A stretch of DNA of 32,000 nt from the NCBI RefSeq assembly GCF_000025685.1, contig NC_013967.1, positions 2,250,001 to 2,282,000 of the forward strand, in the 5' to 3' direction. The notes under the pieces were generated by a model. That model was not told where the DNA came from. It did not search any database and saw only the letters and a program-made list of their open reading frames with translations. The stretch comes from Haloferax volcanii DS2 (GTDB lineage Archaea; Halobacteriota; Halobacteria; Halobacteriales; Haloferacaceae). The position numbers were made by a program, and so were the translations under genes. This document shows, one piece after another, positions 8,891 through 15,427 of the stretch (its first letter is position 1; each line of letters begins with the position of its first letter).

Positions 8891-10621
8891 ATGTCTCGCC
8901 TCTCTCTCGACTCCCGCGGCGTCTCGGAAATCCTCGGGTTAGTATTCGCGTTCGGGCTGGTCGTGTCGGTCATCGCGGTGGTCCAACTCGCGGGCACCCC
9001 CGTCTGGACCGCCGGCGACGAAGCCGACCACAGCGCCAGCGTCTCGGCCGACCTCGCGTCGCTCGACTCGCAGGTGTTCCGCGCCTCCGGCGTCGAGGCC
9101 GGCAGCCGCGTCGCGGTCGACTCGGACGTGTCGTACCCCGAGCGGTATCTCGTGGTCTCGCCGCCCGACAGCGTCGGGACGTTCCGGGTCGACGGCGCGG
9201 ACGCCGTGACGGTCACGGGCGTCTCCGCGGTCGGTCCCGAAGCGGTGTTCTGGGACGGCACGACCCGCACCTACGAGACCGGAGCCATCGTCTACGAGGC
9301 CGACTACGCCGAGCGCGACGAGGCGCGGATGGTGCTCGAAAGCGGCGTCTCGTACCTCGAAACCGACGGGACCCCCGTCGTCCACCGCCAGTCGCTCGTC
9401 CGCGGCACGACCGTCACGCTCGTGTTCTTCGAGGGCGACCTCGACGGCCACACGACTGCCGGCGACACCGTGGCGCTCGCTCCCGTCTCCGTGCGCTCCG
9501 AGTCGCTGCCGGTGTACAGCGCCACCGGCCCGGTGCGCATCTCGGTGCCGACCTACCTCTCGGAGGACGCGTGGGTCGACCTCATGGCCGAGGAACCCCA
9601 CGCGCGAGTCGTCTCCCACGTCGCCAGCGGCGACCACGCGGTCGTCACTATCGAACTCGACGCGGGCGTCCGCTACGACTTCCGCGTCGCCCGTCTCGGC
9701 GTCGGCGAGGCCGTCGAACCCGACCCCGCCGCCTACGCGGTCGCGGTCGAAGGCGAGGACGCCGCGGTCCCCTCGGGCGGCCGCGAGACGCTCGTCGTCC
9801 GCGCGTTCGACCGCTACGGCGCGCCCGCCGCGGGCGCGACGCTGACCGTCAGCCCGTCGACCCCGCTCGGCGGCACCGTCGCCCCGACCGCCGGGGCGAC
9901 CGCCGTCACCGACGAGTCCGGCCGCGCGAGCTTCACGTACACCGCGCCCGACGACGTGACCGAAATCGAAGGCGACACCGTCACCGTCACCCTCGACGGG
10001 GCGTCCGGCCCCGGCGCGACGGTCACCATCCCGCTGGAAGTCCGCGGGATGGGCGAGAGCTACGAGGTCCGAAACACCACCGCGTCGACGCCGGAGCCCG
10101 AAGACGACTTCGACATCGACGACGGCGAGGTCGTCCCGTCGGACGCCTTCACGGGCGATTTCGAACTGCTCGGCAGCGCCATCACGGACGGGCGGGGTCC
10201 CGTTCCCGTCTCCGTCACCTTCGTCGTCGACGGCGAGCAGCACCACTCCGCGGACTGGGACGACGTGAACGACCGCCGGTCGCACTCGTTCAGCGTGGCT
10301 GGCGACGCCGGTGACTCGCTCGCCATCATCGCCGCCACCGACGGCTACGTCACCGCCGACTCGTCGGTCGACCACCGACAGGTCGCGGTCCTCCGCGACG
10401 GCGACCGGGTCCCGAGGATACGGGGCTACAACGGACAGGACGACGCCGCCGAGTTCGTCGCACCCTACATCAGCGACGGCGGGAAGACGATGGAACTCGA
10501 CAGCAACCAGGCCATCTTCCTGTTCGAACTCGGAACGACCGACACGCACAGTCCCGCGTTCGATATGCAGGACGTGGTCATCCTCGTGACCCTCTGGGAG
10601 GACGGGGAGGGAGGCGACTGA
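8891..10621 (+). CDS. Giant pilin-like protein 2: a paralog of the upstream gene with a different C-terminal domain
   Basis: 576 aa, starting 3 nt after the previous stop. The N-terminus MSRLSLDSRG|VSEILGLVFAFGLVVSVIAVVQL looks like a short class III signal peptide. It shares blocks with protein 1 (SVPTYLSEDAWVDLMAEEP vs SVPTRLSEDAWRDLLADEP; TDESGRASFTYTA vs TDSDGRATFVYTA). The C-terminal ~190 aa are unrelated to protein 1. Confidence 0.75.
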   Translation: MSRLSLDSRGVSEILGLVFAFGLVVSVIAVVQLAGTPVWTAGDEADHSASVSADLASLDSQVFRASGVEAGSRVAVDSDVSYPERYLVVSPPDSVGTFRVDGADAVTVTGVSAVGPEAVFWDGTTRTYETGAIVYEADYAERDEARMVLESGVSYLETDGTPVVHRQSLVRGTTVTLVFFEGDLDGHTTAGDTVALAPVSVRSESLPVYSATGPVRISVPTYLSEDAWVDLMAEEPHARVVSHVASGDHAVVTIELDAGVRYDFRVARLGVGEAVEPDPAAYAVAVEGEDAAVPSGGRETLVVRAFDRYGAPAAGATLTVSPSTPLGGTVAPTAGATAVTDESGRASFTYTAPDDVTEIEGDTVTVTLDGASGPGATVTIPLEVRGMGESYEVRNTTASTPEPEDDFDIDDGEVVPSDAFTGDFELLGSAITDGRGPVPVSVTFVVDGEQHHSADWDDVNDRRSHSFSVAGDAGDSLAIIAATDGYVTADSSVDHRQVAVLRDGDRVPRIRGYNGQDDAAEFVAPYISDGGKTMELDSNQAIFLFELGTTDTHSPAFDMQDVVILVTLWEDGEGGD

Positions 10622-10676
10622 GTCGGCCGCCACCCGCCCGTCGCGCTCGTCAGGCGCGCCAACCCATTCTTCGGTC

Positions 10677-10682
10677 TTTTTT
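10677..10682 (+). terminator. Oligo-T tract (T6), a candidate archaeal intrinsic terminator for the pil operon
   Basis: ggtcTTTTTTctc lies 56 nt after the stop at 10621. Archaeal RNA polymerase terminates at oligo-T runs. Confidence 0.35.
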
Positions 10683-10740
10683 CTCGTCGCGTCCGCGCGA
10701 CCGCCGTATCGTTAACATCCGCGTCGCCGTAGGGTCGCGT

Positions 10741-11445
10741 ATGTCGTTCGACCCCGACCGCGTCTCGACGGTCACGTTCGACTCGTACAGCACGCTCGTG
10801 GATGTCGACGCCGCCGAGAAAGCGCTCGCCGAGCGCGTCGACGACCCCGAACCCGTCTCGAAGCTGTGGCGGTCGCGGTCGCTCGAATACACGTTCGTCG
10901 GCAACCACGTCGACGAGTACGAACCCTTCTACGAGGTCAACCGCGCGGCGCTCCAGTACGCGTTGGAGGCCCACGACGTGTCCGTCTCCGCGAGCGAGCG
11001 CGACGCGATTCTCTCGGTGTACCACGAACTCGACGTGTTCGACGACGTGCGCGACGCGGTCGGTCGCCTCCGCGACGCCGGCTACGACTGCTACGTCGTC
11101 TCCAACGGGAACCCCGAGATGCTCGATTCGATGGTCGACCACGCCGACATCCGCGACCTCCTCGACGGCGTCGTCAGCGCCGACGAGGTCGGAGTGTTCA
11201 AACCCGACGCGGAAATCTACCGCCACGCGGCCGCCCGGACCGGGACGCCCATCGACGAAATCGCCCACGCGACCGCCGGCTGGTTCGACGTGATGGGGGC
11301 GCAACACGCCGGAATGCAGGGCGTCTGGGTCGACCGGAAAGCGTCGCCGTGGGACCCGTTCGGCCCCGAGCCGAACCTCACCGTCCCCGACCTCACGACG
11401 CTCGTCGAGGCGCTCGCCGGCGGCGGTCCGAGCGCGGCGGACTGA
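10741..11445 (+). CDS. Haloacid dehalogenase type II / HAD-superfamily hydrolase
   Basis: 234 aa. Motif I is VTFDSYSTLVDV (D-x-Y-x-T-L). Other family motifs are VVSNGNPEML, VFKPDAEIY and the WFDVMGA region typical of L-2-haloacid dehalogenase-like HADs. Confidence 0.8.
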   Translation: MSFDPDRVSTVTFDSYSTLVDVDAAEKALAERVDDPEPVSKLWRSRSLEYTFVGNHVDEYEPFYEVNRAALQYALEAHDVSVSASERDAILSVYHELDVFDDVRDAVGRLRDAGYDCYVVSNGNPEMLDSMVDHADIRDLLDGVVSADEVGVFKPDAEIYRHAAARTGTPIDEIAHATAGWFDVMGAQHAGMQGVWVDRKASPWDPFGPEPNLTVPDLTTLVEALAGGGPSAAD

Positions 11446-11526
11446 CGCTCGCGGCTCCCGCCGCGCCCGAGACGGCGCGTGGTATATGCTCACAATACTA
11501 TTACCGCTGGCCGAACATCTATCCGG

Positions 11527-11898
11527 ATGGAACGGCGGCGCGTGAAAGGCGGCATTCTGGCCGCTATCGGGTTCGTTCTATCTCCGCTTTCGTGGTGGAA
11601 CGACCTCGTGGTCAACCTCCCGCTGGCCTACGCGTTCGGCGTCGCGGTGAGCCTCATCTCCAGAAGCTGGTTCCTTCCGGGCGTCGTCGCGGGCTACTGG
11701 CTGACGAACGTCATCGGGTTCGTCCTGCTTCACAAGGGCGCGGTCGACGCAGTCTCGGCGGAGGCACATCCGTACACCGCCCGACGGTTCACCAAGGATT
11801 TCGCCATCTCGGTCGGCTACACCGTACTCGTGGTGCTGTTGGTCTGGTTCGGGTTCCTCAGCGTTCCCGACGGCCTGCTCGCGGCGCTCGGTCGCTGA
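11527..11898 (+). CDS. Small integral membrane protein of unknown function
   Basis: I chose the internal ATG at 11527 (MERRRVKGGILAAIGFVLSPLSWWNDLVVNLPLAYAFG...). The protein has 3-4 hydrophobic helices and high third-position GC. The upstream 16 codons of the track ORF are AT-rich and look non-coding. Confidence 0.55.
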   Translation: MERRRVKGGILAAIGFVLSPLSWWNDLVVNLPLAYAFGVAVSLISRSWFLPGVVAGYWLTNVIGFVLLHKGAVDAVSAEAHPYTARRFTKDFAISVGYTVLVVLLVWFGFLSVPDGLLAALGR

Positions 11899-11990
11899 CT
11901 TCGGTCGGGCCGGTCGGGCCGGCGCTCGCCGTGTGAAAATAGCTCCGAGCCGACCCGGTGGTGGGTCCGAGTCGGCCGGTAGTCGGCGGT

Positions 11991-12941
11991 TCAGCTCTCC
12001 GTTTCGTTATGGATGGGTGTCTCGGTCGGCGGTGCTGTCTCCGTGTCGTCGTCAGTGGTCGTCGTCTCCGCATCGTCGTCAGTGGTCGTTGGTTCCTCCG
12101 TCGTCGGTTCCTCACCGATAGTCACGACTGCGTCATCGGTGACGGGCGTGCCGTTGACCGTGTACGGGCCGTCTTCAGTTCCGTTGGAGGTGAGGAAGTC
12201 GAGCGTCTGGTTGTCGTTGGTGTCGAGATGCGCCTGCGCCGTGAGGTTCACGCTCTCGTTCTCGCTCAGCGGTTCGAGGAGCGGCACGGTAACGTTCTCC
12301 TGTGGGCCGGAGTCGAGGTAGTCGGTCGCGCCGACGACCGAGCCATTCTCGTCGAGGATGGCGATGTAGCCACCGTCGGAGAGGTTCGCGCTCGTGACGG
12401 TCACGTTACTGCCGTCGGACTCCTGGTCGTCGAACTGGAGCGTCGCGGTCGGCTCGTCGGGTTCGGGCTCGGGCTGTTCGCCCACGGTGAGCGTCGCCAA
12501 CTCGCCGAAGTCGCGCGTCTCGATACCGTGGATGTACGTCCCGTCTTCGAGGTCCGTCGTGTTGACGTCGAACTCGATGGTCTCGGTCTCGTTGGGGTTC
12601 AGCGCCCAGCCGGTCCGTTCGACCACGTCACCTTCGAGTCGGAACTCGACGCACTGAATCATCGGCACGTCGTTCGGATTGGTGATATCGGCCGACACCG
12701 TCACCGGCTCACTGGCTTCGACGCCGGACGGCGCGGAGAGATTGCTCACCCCGAACGACTCATACGTACCGTTGCTCGGATACGTGCAGTACTGTGTCTG
12801 CGTCTGCGTCTGTGTCTGTGTCTGCGTCTGTTCTTGTACCTGTGCCTGCTGTGTATCGACCGCCGCCAGACCGGTCCCCGACGCCGCCGCGACGAGGGCG
12901 ACGACGACGAGGACGCCGGCGATACGTGTTCGTGTGCTCAT
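11991..12941 (-). CDS. Secreted, heavily N-glycosylation-sequon-rich cell-surface protein with a (TQ)n linker and Thr/Asp/Glu-rich C-terminus
   Basis: The start is taken at the ATG at 12941 (MSTRTRIAGVLVVVALVAAASGTGLAAVD), giving a Sec-type signal peptide. This is followed by QTQTQTQTQTQTQ, two beta-rich domains (the second containing NLSDGGYIAILDENGSVVG, a motif seen in halophile surface proteins), at least 12 N-x-S/T sequons, and the tail TTEEPTTTDDDAETTTTDDDTE. No C-terminal membrane anchor is visible. Confidence 0.7.
   Translation of the reverse strand: MSTRTRIAGVLVVVALVAAASGTGLAAVDTQQAQVQEQTQTQTQTQTQTQYCTYPSNGTYESFGVSNLSAPSGVEASEPVTVSADITNPNDVPMIQCVEFRLEGDVVERTGWALNPNETETIEFDVNTTDLEDGTYIHGIETRDFGELATLTVGEQPEPEPDEPTATLQFDDQESDGSNVTVTSANLSDGGYIAILDENGSVVGATDYLDSGPQENVTVPLLEPLSENESVNLTAQAHLDTNDNQTLDFLTSNGTEDGPYTVNGTPVTDDAVVTIGEEPTTEEPTTTDDDAETTTTDDDTETAPPTETPIHNETES
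12792..12830 (-). repeat. Imperfect hexanucleotide coding microsatellite (CTGYGT)n on the + strand, equal to (ACR-CAG)n or (Thr-Gln)n on the coding strand
   Basis: The sequence reads ctgtgtctgcgtctgcgtctgtgtctgtgtctgcgtctg. That is 6.5 units, in frame within the glycoprotein gene. Confidence 0.8.
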
Positions 12942-13440
12942 GTGTCTGCGATGACAATCTACCGACGCCGCCGGCAAAAGCTGACGAGATAGTTTCAATA
13001 GTTTCGCGCGTTGGCTGTCAACTTACCTGACGGTGTAGACGGTTAGTCCGCCTCTGATTCCGATACTGGTGGCCTCTCGACCGATTTTTCCGCAACAGTT
13101 CACGAAACACGATGTTTCACGCGAGACGCTACGCGTTAACTGTCAGAAAATCGAGTTTGTCGCCAATGCTAACGGGGTAGCTTCTCGTTTATTCGAACGT
13201 TCTGACAGTTTGAGTGACGCGGCCGACTGAGCGTTTCGAAACCGGGACGGTGTCGAATCGCTGGCTGTCTCTGAACTACTCGGGAGCTCAAGGGGTGACT
13301 TCTCATACGGGTACCGATTGTCCAGTTACGTTGAGTAGTGAGAACCGTAGATACAGTTGGCGTTACATTCGTGGTCGAATTCGAGACATCACATACATTA
13401 TATCCAAAACTTCTTGTACCAGTACCGTATTGGGCTGTGT

Positions 13441-13590
13441 ATGAGCGAATCCACCGAGAATTCGCGGATTGCACCGTACACGGAGTACTCGCGCACCCGT
13501 TCGCGGTGTCCCCGATGCGGGACCTCGGTCCCGAAGGAGGCGGTCGGCGACGCGCTGTGTGCGAGCTGCAAGACGGACGTCTCCATCTGA
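13441..13590 (+). CDS. Small CPxCG-type zinc-ribbon protein (49 aa)
   Basis: MSESTENSRIAPYTEYSRTRSRCPRCGTSVPKEAVGDALCASCKTDVSI carries CPRCG...CASC, a C4 zinc ribbon. A TTATAT motif sits ~40 nt upstream. The stop TGA overlaps the next ATG (TGATG). Confidence 0.6.
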   Translation: MSESTENSRIAPYTEYSRTRSRCPRCGTSVPKEAVGDALCASCKTDVSI

Positions 13591-13778
13591 TGAGCACGGC
13601 CGCACCTCACAGTTCCGACGAATTGGCGGATGCGCCCGTGTTCGACCTCGAATGCATCTACGACGACCCGGAGAACCCGACCGAACTGACCGTGTTCTCC
13701 CCGAAATCGGAGGAGTTGACCACGTCGTGGATTACGGTTGACCGCGGCAGCGCCGTCTCACTGGACGATATCGCGTAG
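13590..13778 (+). CDS. Small acidic protein (62 aa) translationally coupled to the zinc-ribbon gene
   Basis: The sequence is MSTAAPHSSDELADAPVFDLECIYDDPENPTELTVFSPKSEELTTSWITVDRGSAVSLDDIA. It has haloarchaeal acidic composition and high GC3. Its ATG shares the A of the upstream TGA. The motif pattern (ELTVF...TSWITVD...AVSLDD) resembles a small protein family recurrent in haloarchaea; this is from memory, not verified. Confidence 0.6.
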   Translation: MSTAAPHSSDELADAPVFDLECIYDDPENPTELTVFSPKSEELTTSWITVDRGSAVSLDDIA

Positions 13779-13796
13779 GCGCTCGGCTGGCGACGG

Positions 13797-13807
13797 TTTT
13801 GTTTTTT
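13797..13807 (+). terminator. Oligo-T tracts (TTTTgTTTTTT) downstream of the small-gene pair
   Basis: cggTTTTgTTTTTTgatt lies 19 nt after the stop at 13778. Confidence 0.4.
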
Positions 13808-13856
13808 GATTAACTGACGACGACCAGTTTCGGCTCCGTGAACGCGCTGTCACTTA

Positions 13857-13899
13857 TCGTTTCGAGAACTCAGAACGTGGGTTGGGGCGGATTCGAACC
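13857..13899 (-). repeat. Degenerate direct copy of the tRNA-Val 3' end plus its downstream flank (att-like remnant / tRNA fragment)
   Basis: 13877-13899 (gtgggttggggcggattcgaacc) is identical to 14000-14022, which covers the T-loop, the 3' half of the T-stem, the 3' acceptor strand and the first flanking base. The preceding 20 nt match 14/20. The offset is exactly 123 nt. No 5' acceptor strand (GGGTTGG) is present, so it is not a functional tRNA. Confidence 0.7.
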
Positions 13900-14000
13900 T
13901 CGGTCGCTCACTCCGTTCGCTCCCTGCTTCGAATCCGCCGTCACCACTTTCGGTACCACGGACTCCTCGCTGTCGCTCGTCGTTGCGAGGTACCAGAAAG

Positions 14001-14075
14001 TGGGTTGGGGCGGATTCGAACCGCCGGCCTGCTCCGTGTGAAGGAGCCGTCATAACCTGGCTAGACCACCAACCC
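14001..14075 (-). tRNA. tRNA-Val (anticodon CAC)
   Basis: The reverse complement is GGGTTGGTGGTCTAGCCAGGTTATGACGGCTCCTTCACACGGAGCAGGCCGGCGGTTCGAATCCGCCCCAACCCA. The acceptor stem GGGTTGG/CCAACCC has 7 bp. The anticodon stem GCTCC/GGAGC encloses loop TTCACAC (anticodon CAC). The T-arm is GGCGG-TTCGAAT-CCGCC and the discriminator is A. CCA is not encoded. Confidence 0.93.
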
Positions 14076-14146
14076 GGCTACGATTTCGATTTCCCGCGCC
14101 GCCAATTAAGACTTACGTTGTGCCCCGATTCGGGACGCAGACACAC

Positions 14147-14398
14147 CTACTCGGGTCGCCGCACGCGACGCCGAACCCGCCCGGCGACCCGCCGACTCCG
14201 CGTCGCCGCCCGGCGCGCCCCGTACTCGACGCGTTCCCGCGGCGTCTGCGGCGCAGGTTCTTCCTCGTCTTCGACTTCGCGCCCGAGCGCCGCCATGAGG
14301 CGGCGACGGAGCGGTGCCGTCTCCTCGTCGAGTCCGGCGTACAGGTGCTCGAACCCCCGTCGGAAGTAGTACCGCGCGTCGGTGAAATGTCGGTTCAT
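14147..14398 (-). CDS. Small protein (83 aa) with a helical acidic N-half and an Arg-rich basic tail
   Basis: I used the ATG at 14398 (MNRHFTDARYYFRRGFEHLYAGLDEE...). The N-terminal motif HF-DARYY resembles a small protein family conserved in haloarchaea; this is from memory, not verified. The C-terminus is RRAATRSRRVAGRVRRRVRRPE. Confidence 0.55.
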   Translation of the reverse strand: MNRHFTDARYYFRRGFEHLYAGLDEETAPLRRRLMAALGREVEDEEEPAPQTPRERVEYGARRAATRSRRVAGRVRRRVRRPE

Positions 14399-14657
14399 AC
14401 CTCCGGATAGTCCCGCCGACGAGAACACGATTATGTTATACGGTACCGAGAGTCATATGTCTGAGAAAGAGCGATACACTTTAGTGATTCTTAGGCATAC
14501 CTAAAACTGGGAACGCAGGCCACGCTTCGTGGTCGGTCCCAGTTAGCGTCTGGCCCCTTCCGGGACGGCGATACCGTGGGCACGATTCGTCCGTCCTGGT
14601 CCCATTATCCTCGCGAGCGACCGCGCCGACACCGGCCGGTGCGGCGGCCGCTCGGAC

Positions 14658-15191
14658 TCAGTACGTCGGTGACTCCTCGGGTACCCCGTCGCGCGTGTTG
14701 ACCAGTCGCGCGAAGACGAACAGCGCGTCGGAGAGGCGGTTGAGGTACGCGACGACTTCCTCGTTGACGGGTTCTTCGGCCGCCAGCGAGACGGCGCGGC
14801 GCTCGGCCCGCCGCGACACCGCGCGGGCGTGGTGGAGTTTGGCCCCCGTCTCGCTCCCGCCGGGAAGGATAAACGACGTGAGCGGGTCGAGTTCCTCGTC
14901 GGCCTCGTCTATCCACGCCTCGAGCTCGTCCACGTGGTCGGCGGCTATCTGCGGGTCGCCCTCGTCGGGGTCGGGGTTCGCGAGGTCGGCCTGCACGATG
15001 TGGAGGTGGTTCTGGACGGCTTCAAGTACGTCGTCCACGTCGTCGTGGCCGGTCGGACGGACCGTCCCGATGAGCGCGTTCACCTCGTCGACGGTCCCGT
15101 AGGCCTCGATTCGGTGGCTCGTCTTCGACACGCGGGTCATGTCCCGCAGGTCGGTCATCCCCTCGTCGCCGCGGCCGGTGTATATCTTCAT
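14658..15191 (-). CDS. ATP:cob(I)alamin adenosyltransferase, PduO/MMAB type
   Basis: The sequence is MKIYTGRGDEGMTDL...SHRIEAYGTVDELNALIG-like...FILPGGSETGAKLHHARAVSRRAERR...YLNRLSDALFVFAR. These are hallmark PduO-type ATR motifs. The ATG at 15191 overlaps the glutaredoxin stop (ATGA). Confidence 0.88.
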   Translation of the reverse strand: MKIYTGRGDEGMTDLRDMTRVSKTSHRIEAYGTVDEVNALIGTVRPTGHDDVDDVLEAVQNHLHIVQADLANPDPDEGDPQIAADHVDELEAWIDEADEELDPLTSFILPGGSETGAKLHHARAVSRRAERRAVSLAAEEPVNEEVVAYLNRLSDALFVFARLVNTRDGVPEESPTY

Positions 15192-15427
15192 GCCAGCGTC
15201 TGGTCGACGTACCGGAGGATGTTCTCGCTCTCGGACATCGTCACGCCGCGGTCGTCGTCGACGAGCACCGGGACGCCGCGCTGCCCGCTCACGCGCTTGA
15301 CCTCGTTTCGCTCCGAGTGCAGCGCGTCGACCCACTGCGTCTCGTAGTCGACGCCCGCCTCCGAGAGCGCGTCGTGGACTTTCTCGCAGTACGGACAGCT
15401 GTCGAGCGCGTAGAGTTCGATTCCCAT
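15188..15427 (-). CDS. Glutaredoxin-like protein (CPYC active site)
   Basis: The sequence is MGIELYALDSCPYCEKVHDALSEAGVDYETQWVD...RGVPVLVDDD. It shows the thioredoxin-fold CPYC motif and the cis-Pro region GVPVL. The start is taken at the internal ATG at 15427. Confidence 0.8.
   Translation of the reverse strand: MGIELYALDSCPYCEKVHDALSEAGVDYETQWVDALHSERNEVKRVSGQRGVPVLVDDDRGVTMSESENILRYVDQTLA

Noticed and set aside
10866-11936. 356-aa plus-strand ORF spanning the HAD gene and the small membrane protein gene
   Set aside because: It is an Arg-rich off-frame translation overlapping two better-supported genes, and it has no motifs.
12760-12957. Repetitive ORFs (DTDTDADADT / CVCVCVCV peptides) across the microsatellite, considered as a possible CRISPR array or independent repeat protein
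   Set aside because: They are off-frame or antisense readings of the (TQ)n coding repeat inside the glycoprotein gene. The unit is 6 nt with no unique spacers.
13877-13960. Possible second, intron-containing or split tRNA downstream of tRNA-Val
   Set aside because: Only the T-loop, the 3' T-stem half and the 3' acceptor strand are intact. No GGGTTGG 5' acceptor strand exists, and no anticodon stem can be formed. I therefore treat it as a fragment or scar, not a gene.
13838-14053. Two 67-aa ORFs (both strands) containing duplicated GWGGFEP / RFESAPTH peptides
   Set aside because: They are translations of the tRNA-Val gene and its duplicated 3' fragment. The peptide repeat simply mirrors the nucleotide repeat.
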